From an uncultured Duncaniella sp. (GTDB lineage Bacteria; Bacteroidota; Bacteroidia; Bacteroidales; Muribaculaceae), in the NCBI GenBank assembly GCA_910586665.1, contig CAJUIX010000014.1, positions 19,726 to 83,725 of the forward strand: DNA of 64,000 nucleotides, read 5' to 3'. This document shows, piece after piece, positions 10,149-19,200 of the stretch (positions within the stretch are counted from its first letter, which is position 1; each line of letters starts with the position of its first letter). The notes beneath the pieces are model-generated. The model was not told the origin of the DNA. It was given only the letters and a program-made list of their open reading frames with translations, and did no database searches. A program made the translations under genes and the position numbers.

Positions 10149-10500
10149 ACCAGAATTTGTAGAAAAGATATTTGATGGAACTAAGAAATACGAATTTCGT
10201 AAGTCTTTGTTCAAGCGAAAAGATATAAAATGTGTCATAATCTATGCATCTGCACCGATTAAACGAATTGTTGGCGAATTTGAAATTGATGAAATATTAT
10301 CCGATAAAGTAGATTTTATATGGGAAATTACAAAGAGTTGTGCTGGAATTTCCGAAGCATACTACATGTCCTATTTTAATCAAAGATCTAAAGCACATGC
10401 GATAAGAATAGGTCGTGTAATTAAGTATGATGAGCCGAAATCTTTGTCAGATTTCGATATACAGCATGCCCCCCAGTCATTCAGATACATAACTAAATAA
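10126..10500 (+). CDS. ASCH domain protein
   Basis: LLSIKPEFVEKIFDGTKKYEFRK (GxKxxExR signature), IYASAP..IVGEF, C-terminal PQSFRY. ATG at 10126 overlaps the previous gene by 23 nt. Confidence 0.88.
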   Translation: MRVLLSIKPEFVEKIFDGTKKYEFRKSLFKRKDIKCVIIYASAPIKRIVGEFEIDEILSDKVDFIWEITKSCAGISEAYYMSYFNQRSKAHAIRIGRVIKYDEPKSLSDFDIQHAPQSFRYITK

Positions 10501-10544
10501 ACATGCTCTGACTTTTCATTGTGATACTTAAATAGAAATAATAC

Positions 10545-11453
10545 ATGAGTATATGTATTTTCTGTCACGAAAATTCTGATGCCTCAAAGAGTGTCGAGCA
10601 CATTATTCCCGAGTCTCTCGGGAATAAACATCACTTTTTGTCTAAAGGATATGTTTGTGATAAATGCAATAATTATTTTTCTATAAAAATCGAAAGAGAG
10701 CTTTTGTCACAGCCTTATTTCGTTTCAATGCGATTTCGCAATGAAATATCTACCAAGAAAGGAAGGTTAGTAAAAGAGAAAATGATATTTCCAGGAATCG
10801 CAAAAGCATCTGATGTTACAATGCAAACGACTAATATGGGAAGGATAATGTCTTTTGGTATTAGAGACGAGGAACTGTTTAATAGTATTAAAAATGGAAG
10901 AGTAAAAACGCTTATTGGACCATATATCCCAGAACCGACTTATCCAAATAAAATAATGTCACGTTTTTTAGCGAAATGTGCATATGAATACTTTTTATAT
11001 AGCGTAGGGGAAGATAACTACGATTTATGTGTTCAAGAATTATTAGGCAAAGAAAATGACATCTTAAAGAGGCTGCGTGAATATGCCCGTTATGGCAATG
11101 GAGAATATTGGCAATATAACCAAAGAAGGATATATTCTGAGGGTGACATTGTATTCAATGGCGAAGATGGGCAGTATTATGAAAGACTTCATGAGATGAA
11201 ATTCTTCGTTAAAGAATATACTAGAATGTCTAATGATAATATTTCTGCTGAGATATATTTTGTAATGGCTATTTCTGGAATTGAATATGCTATTTGTATA
11301 TCGGATCCAAACATAACGGGATATCAAAAATGGATAGAAAATAATAATGGTATATCTCCATTATTTTCTAAAGAAGAAAGTATTCGGTTGAGTTTGTCTG
11401 AAATAAATCCAATTTTAATAAATATTAAGGGACCTCGACGTTGTCAAGATTAA
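10545..11453 (+). CDS. HNH endonuclease (Zn-binding CxxC..EHIIP..CxxCN type) with unknown C-terminal domain
   Basis: CIFC ... SVEHIIPESLG ... VCDKCNNYFS. Confidence 0.82.
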   Translation: MSICIFCHENSDASKSVEHIIPESLGNKHHFLSKGYVCDKCNNYFSIKIERELLSQPYFVSMRFRNEISTKKGRLVKEKMIFPGIAKASDVTMQTTNMGRIMSFGIRDEELFNSIKNGRVKTLIGPYIPEPTYPNKIMSRFLAKCAYEYFLYSVGEDNYDLCVQELLGKENDILKRLREYARYGNGEYWQYNQRRIYSEGDIVFNGEDGQYYERLHEMKFFVKEYTRMSNDNISAEIYFVMAISGIEYAICISDPNITGYQKWIENNNGISPLFSKEESIRLSLSEINPILINIKGPRRCQD

Positions 11454-11697
11454 GCCCAATACATGATAGATAAATAACATCACAATGCCAGTTTTACCAA
11501 TCAATTACGCTGGAAGAATTTTGATTTAAATAAAGAGTTATACCTCCCTGTAAATTTGCATTTTATCGCTTTTTACAACAAAATATAATTGTCTATTCCA
11601 AAGTCTATTTACATAAATATCTAATAGTCAATTATAGCATATCTTTTCAACGAGGAGGAGTATTGAAGCGGCGGAATCTTTCATAAAGATATTGTAT

Positions 11698-11745
11698 CCA
11701 ATGGCTGGGCAAGTGACTAACTGTCCGGCCATTGGTGGGTTTTAA
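11698..11745 (+). terminator. Imperfect hairpin, probable terminator
   Basis: CCAATGGC...GCCATTGG arms (11698-11735) with G-U-compatible inner pairing; short T run shortly after. Confidence 0.45.
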
Positions 11746-11877
11746 GAGGTTATTAATATTCATGGGTGGATTTTGTTAAGTGGATTAATAGGCTTTGGGC
11801 TGTCGGGTGGGGGGTGGTTTGAACGAATGTTCAAATTTATTAAACAAATGGGAAAGTGGGGTTTGGGTGGTTTTGTG

Positions 11878-11885
11878 TAAATTTG
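11878..11885 (+). promoter_or_regulatory. Bacteroidetes sigma-A -7 element for the carboxylesterase
   Basis: TAAATTTG matches TAnnTTTG; no clean -33 element at canonical spacing. Confidence 0.45.
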
Positions 11886-12021
11886 CGGTTGGTTTGATAT
11901 GTATTGTATTCATCAGATAATCTGTTACATTCATTCGAAATAATCAATTCATCAAAAGAATCTATTATATTCATCATTCAAAATAATCTGTTTCACCTTT
12001 TTAATAATTGAGTTTAGTATA

Positions 12022-13563
12022 ATGAAGCGATTCCTGACACTATTATCCGCGGTGGCTGTGTCGGCCATCGGTATCAATGCCCAGATTCTGCGCACGACTT
12101 GCGAGCAGGGGGAGATTGAGGGGGAGATTCACAACGGCTATGCCCTCTATAAGGCTATCCCGTATGCCGAGGCCCCGGTGGGTAAGCTGCGCTGGCACGC
12201 GCCGGTCAAAAAGGCGCCCTGGAAGGGGGTCTACAAGGCTGAGAAGTGGGGCGACCGCCCGATGCAGTCCAATGACCCGAACCAGGGGGGCAACGCGCTC
12301 CCGATGAGCGAGGACTGTCTCTACCTGAGTGTATCGACCCCGGCCAAGGATAAGTCGGAGCGTCTGCCGGTGTTTGTCAACATCCACGGCGGCGGTTTCT
12401 TCACCGGCTCGTATAGCGGAACGCAGGACAGCTTTGTCAATAACGGGATTGTGTATTGCAGCATCGCCTACCGTCTTGGCTCATTCGGTTTCATGGCCCA
12501 TCCCGAGGCGGCCAAGGAGTCGGATCGCGGCATCGCGGGCAACTACGGCATGATGGACCAGATTATGGCTCTGCAGTGGATCCACGATAATATAGCCCAG
12601 TTTGGGGGCGACCCTGAGCAGGTTACCATCTGCGGCGAGTCGGCAGGTGGCATCTCGGTGAGCATACTCTGCGCGTCGCCCCTGTGCAAGGGGCTCTTCC
12701 AGCGCGCCATCTGCGAGAGCGGCGGCAACTTCCTCCCTATCCGCTACAGCGAGGCTTCCGTCTGCGGCTCGGCCCAGGATATGGCATACGCCCAGAGCCT
12801 CGGACTCGGTTTGCAGGAGAAGCTTGGCTGCAAGAATCTCAAGCAGATGCGCAAGCTCTCGGCAGAGGATATACAGGCCAAGACGGAGTACAATAAATAC
12901 TGGCCGCTCGTCGACGGCTATGTCATCACGGGCGACACCTACGAGGCTTATCTCAGGGGTGACTACAACGACGTGGACCTCATCGTGGGCTATAATTCCG
13001 ACGAGGGGAGCCTCTTCGTCCACGGTGCGGGCATGGATGCCTACAACAAGATGATGGAAACCAACTTCCCCAACGATATCGAGGGCTTCAAGAAGGCTTT
13101 CCCGGCCAAGGATGACGCCGAGGCCCTCCAGGCGCTGCGAGACGTGTTTCGCGACGTGGCTTTCGGCTGGCCTTCGTGGGCGTGGGCGTCGCTACAGAGC
13201 CGAACCGGCAAGCATCCCGTCTATTTCTATTACTTCGACCAGCTTTCCGACAACACCATCATGCGCGGCACCCGCGGCGCAACCCATGTGGCCGAGATGC
13301 CCTTCATCTATGGCTTCAACTTCGGCGGCAAGATGAGCGATGTCGACACCCACATGTCGCAAATCATGGAGCGCTACTGGATCAACTTCATCAAGACCGG
13401 TAATCCCAACTCGACGGCGCTCCCTTACTGGACTGTGTTCAAGAAGGATGCGCCGACGGTGATGTATATGAAGGATGGTTTCTATCTCTCGCCCGTGCCC
13501 AACAAGGGCCAGGCCGACTTCCTGGAGGGATATTTCATGAAGATGCGCGGCGAGCGTAAGTAA
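12022..13563 (+). CDS. Secreted type-B carboxylesterase (alpha/beta hydrolase)
   Basis: Signal peptide; SEDCLYL, HGGGF oxyanion hole, GESAG nucleophile, ATHVAE. Confidence 0.92.
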   Translation: MKRFLTLLSAVAVSAIGINAQILRTTCEQGEIEGEIHNGYALYKAIPYAEAPVGKLRWHAPVKKAPWKGVYKAEKWGDRPMQSNDPNQGGNALPMSEDCLYLSVSTPAKDKSERLPVFVNIHGGGFFTGSYSGTQDSFVNNGIVYCSIAYRLGSFGFMAHPEAAKESDRGIAGNYGMMDQIMALQWIHDNIAQFGGDPEQVTICGESAGGISVSILCASPLCKGLFQRAICESGGNFLPIRYSEASVCGSAQDMAYAQSLGLGLQEKLGCKNLKQMRKLSAEDIQAKTEYNKYWPLVDGYVITGDTYEAYLRGDYNDVDLIVGYNSDEGSLFVHGAGMDAYNKMMETNFPNDIEGFKKAFPAKDDAEALQALRDVFRDVAFGWPSWAWASLQSRTGKHPVYFYYFDQLSDNTIMRGTRGATHVAEMPFIYGFNFGGKMSDVDTHMSQIMERYWINFIKTGNPNSTALPYWTVFKKDAPTVMYMKDGFYLSPVPNKGQADFLEGYFMKMRGERK

Positions 13564-13594
13564 TCCCTTCAAACAATAGGTCGAAGACTTTTGA

Positions 13595-13791
13595 CAAGAG
13601 AAACCCCAGAGTAAGCGAAGGCCGTAGGCCGTAGCGATGCCTGGGGTGGTTAAGAAACATAATTGCAAATGGCTCGGAGAGCCTTGACATTATGATGATT
13701 AGCATCTTCGATGCACGCCCATATCCATGTATCCTATCACCCCAGGCATCGCTACGGCCTACGGCCTTCGCTTACCCTGGGGTTTCTCTTG
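13595..13791. repeat. REP/BIME-like long inverted repeat, 54-bp arms
   Basis: 13595-13648 is the reverse complement of 13738-13791 with 1 mismatch. Small GGCTC-N3-GAGCC hairpins accompany both arms. Confidence 0.85.
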
Positions 13792-13821
13792 GCCAGGCTC
13801 TTCGAGCCATTGAGAGAATTT

Positions 13822-13839
13822 GCATGCAGCGTCCCTACA
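13822..13839 (+). repeat. GTAG-type REP copy
   Basis: GCATGCAGCGTCCCTACA, same family as copies at 23626, 26753, 28531 and 31685. Confidence 0.7.
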
Positions 13840-13882
13840 ATAAGGCAGATTTTCCTTTTTTGAGGTTGCGGCGGGGGGCGTG

Positions 13883-14056
13883 TCAGACTTCGAAGGCGCT
13901 GGGGCTGGTGCCGAACTGCTTCTTGAAGCTGCGGGAGAAGTGGCTCAGCGAGGAGAATCCTGTCATGTCGGATATTTCCGAGAGGGTATACTTGTGCTCC
14001 TTGATGAGCTCGGCGGCGCGGTTGAGCTTGTAGGTCTTGAAGAAGACCGAGGGGGG
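13883..14056 (-). pseudogene. 3' remnant of a hybrid two-component system / AraC HTH regulator
   Basis: Manual translation PSVFFKTYKLNRAAELIKEHKYTLSEISDMTGFSSLSHFSRSFKKQFGTSPSAFEV* is an AraC second HTH. No start codon upstream in frame; absent from the ORF track. Confidence 0.85.
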
Positions 14057-14412
14057 TGAAGGTGACCAACACCGGCGACCGTCCCGGCAAGGAAATCGTG
14101 CAGGTCTATGCCTCCGATTCCCAGGCCAGGGACCGTAACAAGCCAGAGAAGGAGCTTCGCGGTTTCGCGAAGACCGCCGAGCTTGCTCCCGGCCAGTCGG
14201 AGACTGTCAACATCAGCTTCGATGTCAACGACCTGGCGTCGTTTGACGCCGGGAAGTCGGCATGGCGCCGTGATACGGGTACTTACTATGTGCTTGTCGG
14301 CGCCTCTTCGCGCGACATCCGTTCAACCCTTCCCATCGAGGTGGACGAGAAGGTGACTCCGGCTCCCAACATCCTCGCCCCCAAGGCGCAGATCAACACC
14401 CTCAAACGCTGA
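14056..14412 (+). pseudogene. 3' remnant of a GH3 glycosidase (Fn3-like C-terminal domain only)
   Basis: VKVTNTGDRPGKEIVQVY..KELRGFAKT..VGASSRDIR is the GH3 Fn3-like domain. In-frame TGA at 14038-14040, so the catalytic domains are absent. Confidence 0.88.
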
Positions 14413-14437
14413 TTAGATTTTACATATCAATTCTCCT

Positions 14438-14473
14438 AACAGCCGGGCAAACAACAGCTTGCCCGGCTGTTTT
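14438..14473. terminator. Intrinsic terminator after the GH3 remnant (convergent with comM)
   Basis: AACAGCCGGGCAA-loop-TTGCCCGGCTGTT followed by TT. Confidence 0.8.
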
Positions 14474-14611
14474 GTATTGATGATTTGGTTTGATGGCGGA
14501 CTTGGTTTGATGGCGGGTGTGGGGTTTTTGCAGATTTAGCGGGTTATTTTGATTTCGGTTGTTTCTTCGGTGTCTTTGGTGAATGAAGGGTGATAGAAGG
14601 AAAGGGTGGTT

Positions 14612-16210
14612 TCAGAACGGGGGCTTGTCGACGGTGCGGCCCCAGTTGGCGCGGTCGAGGTTGCGGTAGGAGATGGCTTCGTGGATGTGGTGGGGGAGGA
14701 TGGGGGCGGTGACGGCGTCGGCGGTGCTGACTGCGGGGTCGAGGCCGTATTCGAGGTCGGCTATGGTGCGGGCGACCTTGAGTATGCGGTCGTAGGCGCG
14801 GGCGCTCATGTCGAGCCGCGACATGGCTTCGCGTATGGTTTCGAGGCCGCGGCGGTCGACTATCGCGTGGATTTTAAGCAGGCGGGAGTTCATCTGGGCG
14901 TTGCAGTGGATGCCGCGCTCCGAGGCGAAGCGGAGCGCCTGGATTTCGCGTGCCCTGACGACGCGCTGCTTTATGGCCTCGCTCTTCTCCTCCTCGCGGG
15001 TGGAGGATAGCTCCTCGAAGGCTACGGGGAAGATTTCTACCTGGAGGTCGATGCGGTCGAGCAGCGGACCGGAGATTTTGTTGAGGTATTTCTGGACGGC
15101 GCCCGGAGTGCAGGTACATTCCTTGGTGGGGTGGTTGTAGTAGCCGCAGGGGCAGGGGTTCATGGAGGCCACGAGCATGAATCCGGCGGGGTAGTCGATG
15201 GTATACTTTGCACGGGCCACGGTGATGCGCCGGTCCTCGAGCGGCTGGCGCATCACTTCGAGCACCTGGCGTGAGAACTCGGGGAATTCGTCGAGGAAGA
15301 GGACGCCGTTGTGGGCGAGCGAAATCTCGCCGGGGGCCGGGTTGGTGCCTCCGCCGACGAGCGCCACGGGGGAGATGGTGTGGTGGGGAGCACGATAGGG
15401 TCGCGAGGTCATGAGCCTTGAGCCGCTGCGAAGCTTCCCGGCCACGGAGTGAATCTTGGTGGTCTCCAGGGCCTCCGCGAGAGTCAGCGGGGGTAGTATG
15501 GTCGGGAGGCGCTTGGCCATCATCGACTTGCCGGCACCCGGAGGACCGACCATGAGCAGGTTGTGGCCCCCGGCGCAGGCCACCTCGAAGGCACGCTTGA
15601 CATTCTCCTGCCCCTTGACTTCCGAAAAGTCGCAATCGAAGACAGCCGATGCGCGCGCAAACTCCTCGCGGGTGTTGACCACCACCGGCTGCGGCGCGCT
15701 CTTGCCGCTGACGAAGTCTATGACCTCGCGAAGTGTCCCCATTCCGTAGACAGCGAGATTGTTGACCACGGCAGCCTCCGTCGCGTTGGCCATAGGGACT
15801 ATCATCCCCTTGAAGCCAAGCTCGCGGGCCTTTATGGCCATAGGGAGGACGCCCTTGATAGGGAGGATTGAGCCGTCGAGCGACAGCTCGCCCATAATCA
15901 TGAGAGCGTCAAGCGGTTCTACGGGCTGGATCTGCTCGCAGGCGGTGAGTAGCCCGAGCGCAATCGGGAGGTCGTAGGCCGCGCCCTCCTTCCTGACATC
16001 GGCGGGGGAGAGGTTGACCACTATCCTGCGCCGCGGCCATTTGTAGCCGGTCTGCGTTATGGCCGAGAGGACACGCTGGTAGCTCTCCTTGACGGCGGTG
16101 TCGGCCATGCCGACGAGCGAGAACTGCACGCCGGACTCGGCCACGATTTCGATTGTGATGACGAGCGCGTCGATGCCGTGGACGGCCGCGCCGTAGGTCT
16201 TGATAAGCAT
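14612..16210 (-). CDS. comM: YifB/ComM family Mg-chelatase-like AAA+ ATPase
   Basis: VNLSPADVRKEG, GPPGAGKS, RAPHHT, GEISLAHNGVLFLDEF, NPCPCG, SGPLLDRID, ARTIADL. ORF intact. Confidence 0.93.
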   Translation of the reverse strand: MLIKTYGAAVHGIDALVITIEIVAESGVQFSLVGMADTAVKESYQRVLSAITQTGYKWPRRRIVVNLSPADVRKEGAAYDLPIALGLLTACEQIQPVEPLDALMIMGELSLDGSILPIKGVLPMAIKARELGFKGMIVPMANATEAAVVNNLAVYGMGTLREVIDFVSGKSAPQPVVVNTREEFARASAVFDCDFSEVKGQENVKRAFEVACAGGHNLLMVGPPGAGKSMMAKRLPTILPPLTLAEALETTKIHSVAGKLRSGSRLMTSRPYRAPHHTISPVALVGGGTNPAPGEISLAHNGVLFLDEFPEFSRQVLEVMRQPLEDRRITVARAKYTIDYPAGFMLVASMNPCPCGYYNHPTKECTCTPGAVQKYLNKISGPLLDRIDLQVEIFPVAFEELSSTREEEKSEAIKQRVVRAREIQALRFASERGIHCNAQMNSRLLKIHAIVDRRGLETIREAMSRLDMSARAYDRILKVARTIADLEYGLDPAVSTADAVTAPILPHHIHEAISYRNLDRANWGRTVDKPPF

Positions 16211-16256
16211 TGTGTCAGGTATTAGTCAGGTATTGGCGTAAAGTGCGGGGAGGGTG

Positions 16257-19200
16257 TCAGCGGAAGTAGGCCGCCTCGGGGTGGGCTATGTATAGGCCGC
16301 AGACGGTGGCCGACGGCTCCATTGCGCCGTTTTCGGTCAGGCTGACGCCTATCTCCCCGAGGGAGAGGAGCGAGTCGAGGGTGAAGGTCAGGCGCTGGTC
16401 GGGGAGGGAGGGGTAGCCGACGGCGGGACGGATGCCGCGGTAGCGGGACTGGAAGAGTTCTTTCAGGCTGAGGTCCTCCTGCGGCGCGTAGCCCCAAAAT
16501 TCGCGGCGCACCTTGGCGTGGAGCCACTCCGAGGCGGCCTCGGCGAGGCGGTGGGCCAGGCTCTGCACGAGCAGGGAGCCGTAGGAGTCATTCTTGCTTT
16601 CATAAGCGGCCCGCTGTGCCGATAGGTCGACAGTTACGGCGAAGGCTCCGGCATAGTCACCCTTTTCAAGGATGAAGTCGGCCAGTGAGCGCGACGGCTC
16701 TCCGGGTGCGAGGGCGCGGGTGCGGAAGGCTGGGATGCGGACGCCGTCGATGATGATGTCGTCGGCCTCGCGGTGAGCTTCGGCAAGGTTGATGACGGCG
16801 CGGCATGTCGCCCCGGAGCGGGAGAGCAACGCCAGGAGGGCCGAGGCGTCGGCGTAGAGCTTCAGGACCTCCTCTCCTTTGGCGGGATTGGCCGCACAGT
16901 GCTGCTCAATCCACGCACGGCGGCAGGAGGGGCAGTCGTGGATTGAGGCGACAGATGCAAAGTCGCCCGGCATCTTCCATGCGTTGAAGAAGGAGCGCCA
17001 GTTGATGTAGGGCACCACCTCTTCCACCTGTATGTCAAGCAGAGTCCTTCCCGCATGGGCGGGAGGGACGGGGGTGTATTCCTTCGAGGGCTTCCATGCG
17101 CGGCGGCGCGCCTCGTCGAGGCTCACTTCGGGACAGCGGCGGAGGCGCTCCCTCTCGCGCAGGGCTTCATATTCCTTGTTTATATCCTCGATGCAGGCCT
17201 CGCGGGTCGAGGAGTTGAGCAGGCGGGCGGCTATGAGCGGATTTTGTGCCGCGTCGGCGACATGGATGACCACTCCCGAATAGCAGGGGGCAATCTTTAC
17301 GGCCGTGTGGAGCTTCGAGGTGGTGGCTCCCCCGACCATGACCGGGATTTTCAGCCCTCGGCTCTCCATGAGGCTGACCACGCGTATCATCTCGTCGAGC
17401 GAGGGGGTGATGAGGCCTGAGAGACACACGAAGTCCGGCTTCTCTTCGAGAGCGGTGCTGACAATTTTCTCTGCCGGCACCATGACGCCGAGGTCTATGA
17501 CTTCATAGTTATTGCAGGCGAGGACAATGGATACGATGTTCTTGCCGATGTCGTGGACGTCACCCTTGACGGTGGCAAAAATGACCTTGCCGGCCTTCGC
17601 GGCACCCTTTTTGCTTTTTTCGAGGGCGGGGGTGAGGATGCTGACAGCCTGCTTCATGGTGCGCGCGGTTTTGACCACCTGCGGGAGGAACATCTTGCCT
17701 TCGCCGAAGAGCTCGCCGACACGATTCATTCCCTCCATGAGTGGGCCGTCGATGATGGCGACGGCGTCGGTGTAGGTCTCGAGCGCCTCGCCGAGGTCGG
17801 CTTCGAGGTGGTCCGGGAGGCCTCTGACGAGGGCGGTGACGAGGCGCTCGCGGAGGGGCATCTTGTGCCATGAGTCCTCGTGGTTTTCCTGAGAGGAGCC
17901 CCGGTCGGCATCCTCCTTCTTGGCAAGCATCTGGCGCGCATGCTCAATCAGCTCGTCGGGTGCCTCCTCACGGCGGCAGAGGACCACGTCCTCGATGAGC
18001 GAGCGCAGTCCCGGCTCGATGTCCTCGTAGGTGACGGCGGAGGCTGGGTTGACGATGGCCATGTCCATGCCGGCGGCTATGGCGTGGTAGAGGAAGACGG
18101 CGTGCATGGCCTCGCGCAGGTAGTTGTTGCCGCGGAAGGAGAAGGAGAGATTGCTCACGCCGCCGCTCACCTTGGCTCCCGGCAGGTTGGCCTTGATCCA
18201 TTCCGTGGCGCGGATGAAGTCGAGGGCATAGCTGTCATGCTCGCGGATGCCGGTGGCGATGGCGAGTATGTTGGGGTCGAAGATAATATCCTCCGGGTCG
18301 AAACCGGCGCGGCCGGTCAGCAGACGGTAGGCGCGGGCGCAAATCTCAATCTTGCGCTCGAAAGTGTCGGCCTGGCCCTCCTCGTCGAAGGCCATGACCA
18401 CGGTCGCGGCACCGAGCCGTCTGAGGCGGCAGGCGTGGCTGATGAAGGCCTCCTCACCCTCCTTCAGGGATATAGAGTTGACTATCGGCTTACCCTGCAC
18501 GCATTTGAGGGCGGCCTCGATGACTTCCCACTTCGAGGAGTCGATCATCACCGGCACACGCGCGATGTCAGGCTCGGAGGCTATGAGGTTGAGGAAACGG
18601 CACATCTCCTTGCGGGCGTCCATCATGCCGTCGTCCATGTTGATGTCGATGACCTGCGCGCCGTCTTCGACCTGCTTGCGGGCTATGGCGACGGCCTCAT
18701 CGCTCTTACCCTCCTTGATGAGGCGGAGGAATTTGCGTGAGCCGGCCACGTTGCAGCGCTCGCCGATGTTGACGAAGAGGGAGCCGGGGGTGATGTCGAC
18801 GGCTTCGAGGCCGGATATGTGCATCCCCTGTTCCTTTTTGGGGACAGTGCGGGGGCGCTTCCCCTTTGCGACGGCTGCGATGGCCGCTATGTGGGCGGGG
18901 GTGGTGCCGCAGCATCCGCCGACGATGTTGAGCAGCCCCTCGTCGATGAAGCTTCCGAGCGTGGAGGCCATTTTTTCAGGGGTGTCGCCATACAGCCCCA
19001 TAGAGTCGGGGAGTCCGGCGTTGGGGTGGCAGCTTACGGGACAGGGGGCGGTGCGGGCCAGCTCGGCGACATGGCTCTTCATGGCCTCCGCCCCGGTGGA
19101 GCAGTTGATGCCTACAGATATAATAGGTGTGTGGCTGATTGAGGCGAGGAAGGCTTTGAGGGTCTGGCCGGAGAAGGTGCGTCCGTCGGGGCCGGAGACA

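Larger units (their letters stand above)
1..11666. mobile_element. Right part of a genomic/defence island (no integrase in window)
   Basis: Lower GC than the core genes from 12 kb onward (very AT-rich at 7.65-11.6 kb, by eye), defence gene content, and a candidate att-like boundary at 11590-11666. Confidence 0.65.

Noticed and set aside
13692..14090. Track ORFs 13692-14033 (+) and 13752-14090 (-)
   Set aside because: Shadows running through the REP element and the AraC remnant.
14056..14412. Functional stand-alone Fn3-like protein
   Set aside because: It begins mid-domain at a GTG in the junction G-run, with no promoter or AT-rich initiation region; treated as a pseudogene.
14485..14516. 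TTGGTTTGATGGCGG x2
   Set aside because: Short duplication in a G/T-rich intergenic tract with no further support for function.
14612..16210. comM as the island integration site
   Set aside because: comM is a known hotspot, but here it is intact and 3 kb from the island edge.
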